Of a stretch of 64,000 nt of DNA, positions 7,791 through 16,680 are shown one piece after another. Both the position numbers and the translations under genes were made by a program. The notes under the pieces were generated by a model, which was not told the DNA's origin, did not search any database, and saw only the letters and a program-made list of their open reading frames with translations. Numbering within the stretch: position 1 is the stretch's first letter; the number at the start of each line of letters is the position of its first letter. Source of the DNA: a virus; IMG/VR virus record IMGVR_UViG_3300009008_002419, positions 1 through 64,000 of that record. The stretch is one strand, 5' to 3'.

Positions 7791-9158
7791 ATGGGCAAAT
7801 ACTTCACTAAAACATCTATGTCCAAAAAGCAAGCTCCCGGAATTCCTGACCGCAACAAAATACAGTCAATCCCGAACATTTCGTCTCCGACGATTTGGGA
7901 AGGTGGTATACATCTTCATGAAGCTAAGCGTGCAGGGATTCATTATGATCTTCGGCTAGGGGATCCGTCTACCCACCACTCACATTCATGGGCTCTTAGA
8001 AAACTTCCAGCAGCTGGTGAAAAAGTTCTCGCTATTCATCAGCCTACTCATACACTTGAGTACATGGATTTTAAAGGTACTATTAAAGATGGATACGGCG
8101 CTGGTAAAGTAAAGCTTCACTTCCGAGATAAAATAGAGATTCTAGAGTCATCTGACAGACGTATACTCTTTAATCTCTACAAAGGTAATAAAACAGAAAA
8201 GTATGCCCTAATCAATCGCGGAGATAAGAATTGGATTTTATTCAATTATACTACGACTGATAAAGACAAACTTATTCCATTGACAAAGCCTTCTTATAAA
8301 GAGAAGGATTTTGACAACCTAGATACAGCAAATCCTAATGAGGTGTTTGCACCTAAGATGGATGGGGCTCATAACATCTTCATCCTCCGCCCTAACAAGC
8401 GTGTACAAACTTTCTCGTATCGACCTGCTAAGGGCCGTATTGAGCGAATTGATCATACGTATAAAACTGATTTGTACAAGCACCGTGCTCCCAGGTCATT
8501 AGGTACTACTGTAGTTCGAGGTGAGTTATACCTTCCTGGTAAGACCTCACCCGAAGTTGGCTCAGTCCTTAACTCGAATGTATTCCTGGCTAGAGAAAAG
8601 CAGGAAAAAGTGGGCCCACTTCAAAATGTAATGTTTGATGTAGTAACGTATAAAGGCAAAAATGTAGAAGCCTTGCCGTACCGTGAAAAGATTGAAATTC
8701 TTAAAAAGATTAATAAGGAATTCCCTCAAATGAAAGTTCCTTCATATGCTACGACACCACAAACGAAAAAGAATCTCGTTTCAGCTATAAAAGACAAGCA
8801 ACACACTGATACAGACGAAGGCGTAGTAATTTATAACCTTGATAGCCCACTTCCTATTAAAGCTAAAATTCGTAGAGACTACGATTTATATGTAAAAGGC
8901 TTCTACGAAGGAACTGGCAGGCTTAAAGGTAAGGGTGTTGGGGGCATTATAGGTACTGAATCTCCAACTTCGTCACAAGAAATACGAGTTGGTTCTGGAC
9001 TTACTGATAAACAGCGCCAGGACATGTATAATAATCCTAATAAATATGTTGGTAGACTTATTAAAATTTATGCACAAGAAAAATTAAAGAGTGGTAAATT
9101 CCGTATGCCTGTGTTTAAAGAGTTTAGGGATTATGAACGTTGGGTTAATAAGAAGTAA
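7791..9158 (+). CDS. LigD-type 3'-phosphoesterase fused to ATP-dependent DNA ligase
   Basis: PE motifs H..HYDLRL, SWA, H..EYMDFKGTI..GYGAG; ligase KMDG, GELY, FDV, EGVV, OB-fold VGSGLTD and RMPVF. Confidence 0.85.
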   Translation: MGKYFTKTSMSKKQAPGIPDRNKIQSIPNISSPTIWEGGIHLHEAKRAGIHYDLRLGDPSTHHSHSWALRKLPAAGEKVLAIHQPTHTLEYMDFKGTIKDGYGAGKVKLHFRDKIEILESSDRRILFNLYKGNKTEKYALINRGDKNWILFNYTTTDKDKLIPLTKPSYKEKDFDNLDTANPNEVFAPKMDGAHNIFILRPNKRVQTFSYRPAKGRIERIDHTYKTDLYKHRAPRSLGTTVVRGELYLPGKTSPEVGSVLNSNVFLAREKQEKVGPLQNVMFDVVTYKGKNVEALPYREKIEILKKINKEFPQMKVPSYATTPQTKKNLVSAIKDKQHTDTDEGVVIYNLDSPLPIKAKIRRDYDLYVKGFYEGTGRLKGKGVGGIIGTESPTSSQEIRVGSGLTDKQRQDMYNNPNKYVGRLIKIYAQEKLKSGKFRMPVFKEFRDYERWVNKK

Positions 9159-9179
9159 TCCACTAACCAGAAAATACTA

Positions 9180-9362
9180 ATGAAACCAATTAAATTAGAT
9201 ACTGATATCGCCCAGCCTTTCACTAAAGAACTTGATGATCTTAGAGAAAAGGGTGAACACAGCGAAGCCTTTGAAATGTTAGACAACTTATCTGAACAAG
9301 CGGCACACGCTGACAAACCAATTGAAACCGACGACGACACTCACTCTGATACTGAAGACTAG
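9180..9362 (+). CDS. Small acidic hypothetical protein
   Basis: ORF in packed + strand array. Confidence 0.5.
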   Translation: MKPIKLDTDIAQPFTKELDDLREKGEHSEAFEMLDNLSEQAAHADKPIETDDDTHSDTED

Positions 9363-9370
9363 TTAACCGC

Positions 9371-9598
9371 ATGTATTTACTCGTTGAACATAACGGAACC
9401 TTACATCATCGCTCAATTTTTGATAAGATTGAGGATCATTTCGCAGATCATGTTGATGGCATTGTAGAGGAAGCAATCCAGGATGGGGAATCACTTTCTT
9501 TATATGATGAGAATTTAAAGCGTATTGTTTCTTTTAAAAAGGTTCCGACATCAGAGGAACTTCGGCTATTATTTATATTAATAGACGACTCCTCTTAA
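9371..9598 (+). CDS. Hypothetical protein
   Basis: ORF in packed + strand array. Confidence 0.5.
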   Translation: MYLLVEHNGTLHHRSIFDKIEDHFADHVDGIVEEAIQDGESLSLYDENLKRIVSFKKVPTSEELRLLFILIDDSS

Positions 9599-9624
9599 AT
9601 ATTTGTGTGTCTGAGAGGAACTTT

Positions 9625-10138
9625 ATGGGTAACACCCCAACACAAGAAAAAATTAATGTGGATGTTAGTTCGCTGGAGCATGCAAAGACTGCATTAAAAG
9701 ATCTAGCTATTATACAAGATCATGCTGTTGCAAAAACTATTATTTCCCACGATGAAATTGAATTAGAAGAAAAAAAATCACCCTATACAGTTTTAGAATT
9801 AGAGGTGCCTGGTGGACATGGATTTATGTTTAGTGTCTGGAGAGATGATGAAGGTAATGCATCCTTCGATAGAATTTTCTTTTCAGCCGGCTCAGTAGTA
9901 ACGAAACACGAACACTCTGTTGTTGAGTTAGTAGCTCTAACTAAAGGTAAGATTTCATATGTTATATATGATGAGGACAATAATCCTATTGGGGAGCCTA
10001 CAGTTATGGATTTATTTGACACAGTGGAGACTTGAGCCTGGTGTTCAGCATTCCTTTTATTTTATTGAGGATTCATGGACTGCTGTACTGACTATGCCCG
10101 CTTATAATGCACAGGATGATATACCAACTATAGAGTAA
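9625..10138 (+). pseudogene. Cupin-domain protein with a single-base frameshift near 10027
   Basis: GAGGA RBS before ATG 9625; cupin motif 1 HEHSVVE..LTKG; motif 2 RLEPGVQH continues in the +1 frame to TAA at 10138. Confidence 0.7.
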
Positions 10139-10184
10139 AGATGAGAAAGTACTTAAGCACGTGTAGTGTGGAAAGGTTTACTAT

Positions 10185-10565
10185 ATGCCAGATAGTAATG
10201 GAACTAACGGTAACGGCACCAAGAACTTAGAGATTCGCTTTGCTAAGTTGCAGACCGTTGTGCATGATAGTATAATTAAGCAATTAGAGATACTAGTCTC
10301 CAGTGTTGAAAAAATTGATAATAAATTTGATGATAAGAATGCAACCTTAATAGATAGGTTAGCAAAAATTGATACTGAGCTCACACTAATTAATCGTGTT
10401 GTAGGAGAGTGGGATGACTACAAAAAGGATGCTCAGAAACGTGAAGAAGCCGAAAAGCGTCGAGAAGATGTATTAAAGGCTGCTAACACGCGGGGTAAAT
10501 GGACCTTAGCAGGCACTATTGTTACGGCGATTAGTGTAATATTAGTAGCGTGGCTGACAAACTAA
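10185..10565 (+). CDS. Coiled-coil protein with C-terminal transmembrane helix
   Basis: Heptads then WTLAGTIVTAISVILVAWL. Confidence 0.65.
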   Translation: MPDSNGTNGNGTKNLEIRFAKLQTVVHDSIIKQLEILVSSVEKIDNKFDDKNATLIDRLAKIDTELTLINRVVGEWDDYKKDAQKREEAEKRREDVLKAANTRGKWTLAGTIVTAISVILVAWLTN

Positions 10566-10575
10566 AGGATAAAGA

Positions 10576-10875
10576 ATGAATTTATATTTAAATAGATTAG
10601 ACCCGGATCGGGACGAAAAGTTAATTGGATTTTTAGAACACCCTACATTTGAAAAGCAGTCAGAGTTTTCTATTGACACTGATGCTGAGTATGATGATTT
10701 GTTTACTAAAATTGCTGAAGTACATCAGCCTGGTAAATGGAGTGAGCTTGAAGCCAAGGTAACTGAGCTGTTCCCTGATAATGAGAAGATGGCGTCTCAA
10801 TTAGAGCGCTTTGGGCAAAGACTTTCTCTAGACCGTACTAGATTAAAGGAACTCTTCACCTACGAAAAAGAGTAA
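10576..10875 (+). CDS. Hypothetical protein with three KxA/S motifs
   Basis: FEKQS, FTKIA, NEKMA; AAGGA RBS. Confidence 0.65.
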   Translation: MNLYLNRLDPDRDEKLIGFLEHPTFEKQSEFSIDTDAEYDDLFTKIAEVHQPGKWSELEAKVTELFPDNEKMASQLERFGQRLSLDRTRLKELFTYEKE

Positions 10876-10877
10876 AA

Positions 10878-11033
10878 ATGAGTAACCAACTCGTTCAACC
10901 AAAAAAGAAAAAATGTTCTGTGTGTAAAAGTGGGATAGCTGTTAAGACCCGCTTAGCCCCACCAGGTGGAGGACGTGCACAGTTAGTATATCAATGTACA
11001 AACCCTGCTTGCAGGGCTGTACGAAAAATATAA
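10878..11033 (+). CDS. 51-aa zinc-ribbon protein, Ogr/Delta-like
   Basis: Not in ORF track; CSVC...YQCTNPAC. Confidence 0.6.
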   Translation: MSNQLVQPKKKKCSVCKSGIAVKTRLAPPGGGRAQLVYQCTNPACRAVRKI

Positions 11034-11055
11034 CACAGACAAACACTTAAACTGT

Positions 11056-11481
11056 ATGGCAAAACAGAAATATCACGATAGCAAGCATAAATACTTTAAG
11101 CCATCTGAAGCTGAAAAGACGTGGAGATATGCTATTAAAAAGCACAAGTCTCCGGGTTCTTCAGCTCACTTCGATCTTCGCCTATACAACGATGCCTATA
11201 AAAAAGTGTTTTCTTGGTCATCCAAGAAATTTCTTTTAAACGGGAACAACCCCGTTTTGATTCGTAGAACACCTGATCATCCAAAATCATCATTGGAGTT
11301 TGAGGGAACCTTCTTTTCAAAGAGTTCTCCTAAACTTAATAAAGTTACTAATCTTCAAACAGGTGTGCTGACTTTTGAAGGCGTAGATCCTAAAAAGGGT
11401 ATTATGTTTAGATCTGAAGATTTTTCTTTTGATCTCAAGCCTTACAGAGGAAAAAACTACATATTCATGAAAGTACAATAA
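11056..11481 (+). CDS. Stand-alone LigD 3'-phosphoesterase-like protein
   Basis: H..SAHFDLRL, FSWS, RRTPDH...FEG. Confidence 0.7.
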   Translation: MAKQKYHDSKHKYFKPSEAEKTWRYAIKKHKSPGSSAHFDLRLYNDAYKKVFSWSSKKFLLNGNNPVLIRRTPDHPKSSLEFEGTFFSKSSPKLNKVTNLQTGVLTFEGVDPKKGIMFRSEDFSFDLKPYRGKNYIFMKVQ

Positions 11482-11482
11482 A

Positions 11483-12409
11483 ATGGCTACCTCACTAAAG
11501 CAAAAGTATCCACATATAAATTTTATTAAAGTCCTTATTTTAGGGCGATTGTCTGGGCAAAACATCTTGGATACTTTAGATAAGTATGGATTGGGTAAAC
11601 CACATGCACCTGATTTATCAGCAATACGTAAAGATATTCTACAAACATACCCAGAAGAAAATTATTTAAATGTAACGACTATGTACACTAAAAAATCCGA
11701 GGCTAAACAATATACTATTAATGATATAGATCTAGATTGGCTTGTAGATCAGAATCTTGCACCTTTGTTTGGTTTTTGGTTTAAGATGGAAGTACCAAAT
11801 GTCCATGGTATTCAAGGAGCCTTTAACTTACTAGATGACCCTTTAATGTTTAGGCTCGTAACTTCATTAGCGGTCACAGGTATTACAGATGAGGATATTG
11901 AGCTTTTAGTTAATGGTAAATATAACCAACAATATGCTTCAGAAGATATAAGCCAGTTCTTACACTTTTTTTTCAATATGAAGGGTTGGACAAGAGTTAA
12001 TAAAGCAAATTGGATTAAAAAGTTTGCTCCTGAAGAATTTGTACGGTTTTATAAGATTGCACTTAAGGGAGACAAAGACTACTTGATTTGGAAACTTGGT
12101 GCAGCGCCTGATAAGAGCTTTGATCAAATGTTGTCTGAAATGTCTACTGACGCGTATTATAACTTTAAAGAGCGTTCTCGTAATGATCCTGAATTAGCCC
12201 AAAAGTGGGGAACTCTCGCAGTTAAGCTTATTGAAAAACTGGATAAAGTTAAGAAAGATGACCAGAAATCGAACGACTTCTTCGATCTTATTGAATTCTC
12301 AGTAGACGAAAAAGGCAATGAAGATGGTGTTATCCACATTGAAGATTTAGAAGAAATTTCTGAAATTGCTGAAAAGAATAATCCTAATAAAGACAAAACT
12401 TTAGAGTAG
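11483..12409 (+). CDS. Hypothetical protein, possible small terminase by position
   Basis: 308-aa ORF two genes upstream of TerL; no motif recognised. Confidence 0.45.
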   Translation: MATSLKQKYPHINFIKVLILGRLSGQNILDTLDKYGLGKPHAPDLSAIRKDILQTYPEENYLNVTTMYTKKSEAKQYTINDIDLDWLVDQNLAPLFGFWFKMEVPNVHGIQGAFNLLDDPLMFRLVTSLAVTGITDEDIELLVNGKYNQQYASEDISQFLHFFFNMKGWTRVNKANWIKKFAPEEFVRFYKIALKGDKDYLIWKLGAAPDKSFDQMLSEMSTDAYYNFKERSRNDPELAQKWGTLAVKLIEKLDKVKKDDQKSNDFFDLIEFSVDEKGNEDGVIHIEDLEEISEIAEKNNPNKDKTLE

Positions 12410-12414
12410 GTAAT

Positions 12415-13509
12415 ATGGGCGTACTATCGGTTCCTAAAAAATCTTTGTCCAAATCAGTATTTACTGACACACAGAAGATACATCCTAATGTACGTGAGTT
12501 TATACTTAAGCAGTTAGATAGCGTTGTCCCTAAACAAGCTATAAATGAAATATTTGTAATGGGATCAATTACAGGGTTTAAGTATGATTTAGATTCTGAT
12601 ATTGACGTGTCTGTTTACGTTACGCCCACTACTGAGATTGATTCACAGGCATACGCTAACTTCTTGCACGCGGTTGCGCGCAGGCAAGTCAATGGTATAG
12701 TGCCCACCAACACGACACACCCAATTAATTTTTACATTAAAAATTATCATGAAAACGCCCGAGCTATGTATGAGTCAGCGGATTTTGGCGTCTATGATCT
12801 AATTGCAGACAAGTGGCTGCGCGAACCAACGGTACCACTCAATGTCCGTGATCCAAAAGAACAATTTCCGCTTGAACTTATGATTGCTAAAGCATACGAA
12901 GATCGGTTTGCTAAGGCAGTATCTAAAGAAGATATAAATCGTATTGTTCAGATGACTCGTAGTATTAAGCAAGACCGTGAGTTTGCATACGGCTATAGCT
13001 GGGGTGTGCCAAGACACAGTTTCAAGAACATCTTATATAAGACCTTTGAGAAAGGGCCCTATCATAATGTATTTGAAGAAGCTAAAAATCTTGAGCGCGC
13101 ACAACGTAAAAAGAAAGAACACACACGTGAGAAGCAAGCTGCCTCATTAAAAGATTATTCTAATTATTATAAAGATGTAATTGATCATAAGAAAAAAGTG
13201 TATAAAGCGGGACGACAACTTCATGCTCCCCGAATTCAATTACTAATGCATGATTGGGATAAACTTGTTCACCCTAAAATGGTAAAGCATTATACTAATT
13301 TCTTTTTTGCTAAAGAAAGAAGTCCTGAGACTATAAAAGGATTTATCCAAGCAGCTGAGGGTCATAAACGTAGACAAGCACACCATTTACGACCTTTAAC
13401 AAGCACTCCTAAAAATGTAAGAAAAGAAATTCTTGCAGATTGGTATGCTTCTCAAACCCGAACAGAGCCTAATCTCACTCTAAGTGAATTTATAGGTAGA
13501 ATGCGCTAA
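12415..13509 (+). CDS. Pol-beta-family nucleotidyltransferase fused to an HD-like domain
   Basis: MGSITG..SDIDVSV NTase motif; after EKQAA: HK..V, HDWDK, H....HH, EILADW (DUF5662-like). Confidence 0.75.
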   Translation: MGVLSVPKKSLSKSVFTDTQKIHPNVREFILKQLDSVVPKQAINEIFVMGSITGFKYDLDSDIDVSVYVTPTTEIDSQAYANFLHAVARRQVNGIVPTNTTHPINFYIKNYHENARAMYESADFGVYDLIADKWLREPTVPLNVRDPKEQFPLELMIAKAYEDRFAKAVSKEDINRIVQMTRSIKQDREFAYGYSWGVPRHSFKNILYKTFEKGPYHNVFEEAKNLERAQRKKKEHTREKQAASLKDYSNYYKDVIDHKKKVYKAGRQLHAPRIQLLMHDWDKLVHPKMVKHYTNFFFAKERSPETIKGFIQAAEGHKRRQAHHLRPLTSTPKNVRKEILADWYASQTRTEPNLTLSEFIGRMR

Positions 13510-13510
13510 A

Positions 13511-15094
13511 ATGCCCAGCATCATAGCACCATCAAAGAAAAAGATACTAAAGGTAACTAAGGCTCAGTTTGCTGAAAAGTTTCTGTACCTTAATGGCCGA
13601 CCTTTTTCACTAGATGACTATCCCCATATGCGCGCGATCTATAATTGTGGTGCATCCGACATGGTTATGCACTTTAGTCGACAGACGGCAAAAAGTACTA
13701 CTCTTGCTAATTTGATGCTTTCTGATAGTATTATGAGGGGCCACTTTAAGTCTCTTTATGTCGCGCCTACAGTTGACCAGACTAAAGTCTTTAGTCATGA
13801 TCGTGTTGCTCCTGTTGTTGAAACAAGCCCATTAATTAAGAACTTCTATACTAACTCTGCCTTAGTGCAGAACGTGTTTATGAAGCAGTTTACTAATGGG
13901 TCTAAGATTTATATGCGATATGCATTATTATCTGCTGACCGTCTAAGAGGATACTCTGCAGATGTCAACTATTTTGACGAAGCACAAGATCTTCTAGCGG
14001 ATGTTATTCCGGTTGTTCAGGAAACTATGTCACGTTCAATGGTTAAGCGCACATTATACACTGGTACACCTAAGCGGACAGTGGGCACACTGGCATCGGT
14101 GTGGGATCGTTCAACTCAGAACGAGTTTATGCCACACTGCACACATTGTGGAGCTTGGAATCGTTTAGACGAAGACAACATTGGCGACTACGGTGTAATT
14201 TGTAAAAAGTGTGGACAAGCCCTTGATGTACGTAATGGACAGTGGATTTCAACTGGACCTAAAGACGCTAAAGTAGAGGGTTTCCGAGTTTGTATTCTAA
14301 ACTTTGCTAATGCTCCTTGGGTTGACTGGGACAGAGATGTTATTGAGAAGCGCAAAAATGTTTCGCGCGCGATCTTCTATAATGAGACTCTTGGATTACC
14401 TTATGATGATGGTGTATCTCCCATTACTAAAGACGAGGCTATGGTATGTTGTACTGGACCTAAGATGCTTGGGGATGAGCCAGATCAATTAGACCCGCCA
14501 CAAGGTGGTCAAGTCAAAACATTCCCGACAGTTATGGGCATTGATTACGGTCCTGTAAATAGCGACAAATCATACACAGTGGTATCAATTGTGCAACGTA
14601 AGTATGGCAAGTATCACGTCTTGTTTGCCAAACGTTTTGTAGGTAAAGAGGCTGATTACTCATATTTACATGAGTATATTCCAAAATTATTTGCCAAGTG
14701 GAATTGCAAGATATTAGCATCTGACTATGGCATGGGCGAGGCTCCAAACAGCGAATTCCGTAAGCGTCTGGGGTATGAGAAAGTTATCCCGTTCCAGCAC
14801 ATGGCAAATCAGAAGCAGAAACTCTTATGGAATAACAAGATGCCCGCTTATACGACCAGTAAGAATGTAATTATGAATGAGTTCTTCCAAAGAGTAAAGA
14901 AGGGTGAGTATGTATTCCCACACTCAACAAAGTTTGAAACATTCGTTGATGATATGATGAATGTTCAGAATGAATTTGACGAGACTATGAACAAGATGAA
15001 GTTCATCAATATTGGCCCAGATGACTTTGTTCATGCCACAATTTTTGCTTCGGTAACAGCAGAGTTAATGTCTGCCGGCGGCCTGAATGTATAA
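13511..15094 (+). CDS. terL: Terminase large subunit (GpA-like)
   Basis: Walker A SRQTAKST, Walker B YFDEAQD, YTGTP, CxxC..CxxC, nuclease MGIDYG and DDFVHA. Confidence 0.9.
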   Translation: MPSIIAPSKKKILKVTKAQFAEKFLYLNGRPFSLDDYPHMRAIYNCGASDMVMHFSRQTAKSTTLANLMLSDSIMRGHFKSLYVAPTVDQTKVFSHDRVAPVVETSPLIKNFYTNSALVQNVFMKQFTNGSKIYMRYALLSADRLRGYSADVNYFDEAQDLLADVIPVVQETMSRSMVKRTLYTGTPKRTVGTLASVWDRSTQNEFMPHCTHCGAWNRLDEDNIGDYGVICKKCGQALDVRNGQWISTGPKDAKVEGFRVCILNFANAPWVDWDRDVIEKRKNVSRAIFYNETLGLPYDDGVSPITKDEAMVCCTGPKMLGDEPDQLDPPQGGQVKTFPTVMGIDYGPVNSDKSYTVVSIVQRKYGKYHVLFAKRFVGKEADYSYLHEYIPKLFAKWNCKILASDYGMGEAPNSEFRKRLGYEKVIPFQHMANQKQKLLWNNKMPAYTTSKNVIMNEFFQRVKKGEYVFPHSTKFETFVDDMMNVQNEFDETMNKMKFINIGPDDFVHATIFASVTAELMSAGGLNV

Positions 15095-15133
15095 TTTATT
15101 AGGCTCGTAACCTTAAGTAATATAAAAATTTAC

Positions 15134-15161
15134 TTGACAAAAAAATTTGAAAGGTTATATT
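15134..15161 (+). promoter_or_regulatory. sigma70-type promoter, probably leaderless transcript
   Basis: TTGACA-N16-TATATT; ATGs 4 and 7 nt downstream. Confidence 0.65.
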
Positions 15162-15165
15162 TAAC

Positions 15166-16215
15166 ATGATGATAACAGTTTACGACGTCAATAATTTCGG
15201 AAAACAAGCCTCCGAAGATTATGTGCGAAACGATACACCACTTAATGACACCATCGTTAAGTTAGCTTCTGCCAATGGGTTAACTAAAAATCAAGTTGAT
15301 CGTGTGGTAGAAGCTGCCAATAATGAGACGTATTTATCTTTGCTAAAAACAGCAGAAGATAAGTATGTTGAGTTCCCATTAGCAAACACAAAAGAAGTTT
15401 TTTCTGAAATAGAAAAAGAGGCCAAGGTGTTAAATACCAATTTATCTGATTATGATGCGCCTCCAGTTCCTACTCAGGAAGAACTCCCTTCATTAACAGA
15501 CTCAGCGATTTTTGGCGACTTGACAAAAGCCGCCTCACACGAAGAGTCTCATGGAGACAAAATCAGAGGTGCTGAAGCAAGAAAAATGAGTGCTGAGCTC
15601 AAAGGTACTCACATCTTCTTAAAGAACGCAGCTGATGAAGCTTCTGTCCAGTTTGCTAAAACATATGATACCCTCACACATCTAATTAAGCAAGCAGTGT
15701 TGAATGGTACGACTTTTAATGATATAGTTCAAATCAATGAACAGTCAATGCCAATGTTAAATACTGCTATTACTCCAGAATTTAAAGAATCCTTAGCATT
15801 GGATATGCCTCGCTTTGACTTTGATAAAGAAGCTCAACACACTCATCCTAATCCTGGCAGCTCAGTTTACCAAGCTGGGGTAGACCTGGAAAAGGTCGCA
15901 GAACAATACATGAGAATCCGTTGTGCTATGGATCATTACGAAGACGAGCATACTACACTCCAAGACTCTACTAATGAGAAGCTCGTTCCTTTAGTTAAAA
16001 AAGCTAAGAATATGGAAGAAGAAATTGCTCGAAAAGCAGTTAAGCAATATCGTAGAGAAGTTTGGGGTAAGAGATTTAAAAAACTCCCCGCCGCAGCACT
16101 AGCAGCCGCTGGAGCTGGAGTTGTTTATCACCTAGGTAAAAATAAAGGTATCACAGAACAAAATCAGGTTCTTAAAGAACAGTTCTTGGACCCTAAACTT
16201 TATAAGAGGTATTAA
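15166..16215 (+). CDS. Putative head/core virion protein
   Basis: Between TerL and protease; about nine KxA motifs; hydrophobic C-terminal segment. Confidence 0.6.
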   Translation: MMITVYDVNNFGKQASEDYVRNDTPLNDTIVKLASANGLTKNQVDRVVEAANNETYLSLLKTAEDKYVEFPLANTKEVFSEIEKEAKVLNTNLSDYDAPPVPTQEELPSLTDSAIFGDLTKAASHEESHGDKIRGAEARKMSAELKGTHIFLKNAADEASVQFAKTYDTLTHLIKQAVLNGTTFNDIVQINEQSMPMLNTAITPEFKESLALDMPRFDFDKEAQHTHPNPGSSVYQAGVDLEKVAEQYMRIRCAMDHYEDEHTTLQDSTNEKLVPLVKKAKNMEEEIARKAVKQYRREVWGKRFKKLPAAALAAAGAGVVYHLGKNKGITEQNQVLKEQFLDPKLYKRY

Positions 16216-16268
16216 ATGGCCAATATAGATCCTAGAAAAGTAATGGCCAATATAGATCCTAGAAAAGT
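16216..16268 (+). repeat. 27-bp-period tandem duplication
   Basis: ATGGCCAATATAGATCCTAGAAAAGT twice (MANIDPRKV x2). Confidence 0.95.
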
Positions 16269-16680
16269 TTTAACAACCTTGGCGTTTGGTGCCGCTTTAG
16301 TTGGAGCTAATGCTTTGTTTGAAGGGGCACAAAAGCTCAAAACTAAAATGAATAAAGAGCCGTCTTTTAAGCGTATGATGGACATGCACCCCCAGCTTCA
16401 TAAAATGGATCCAAATGAAGTATTAAAGTATTGGGACAACCTTTATCACTTCGCTCCGAAAATGGCTCAAGAGCCTCTAGCAGCGGGCGCTTATATTCTT
16501 CAAGTAAGTCGTATGGATGACTTTGGTGGACCAACCACTGACACTATTAAATCCATTACTGAAATTCAAGATAAGGTTGGCCCAGGTAAGAAAGAGAATA
16601 GACTTACTGAATCTAACTTATTTATGAATGCTATTGCTGGTATGGCTGACCTTCCAACACACGGAAAACCAACTCCCTAA
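16216..16680 (+). CDS. Hypothetical head-module protein
   Basis: Abuts both neighbours; duplicated N-terminus. Confidence 0.65.
   Translation: MANIDPRKVMANIDPRKVLTTLAFGAALVGANALFEGAQKLKTKMNKEPSFKRMMDMHPQLHKMDPNEVLKYWDNLYHFAPKMAQEPLAAGAYILQVSRMDDFGGPTTDTIKSITEIQDKVGPGKKENRLTESNLFMNAIAGMADLPTHGKPTP

Noticed and set aside
10033-10035. TGA read-through, selenocysteine or alternative genetic code
   Set aside because: The cupin continuation is in another frame, and all three stops end conserved genes normally elsewhere
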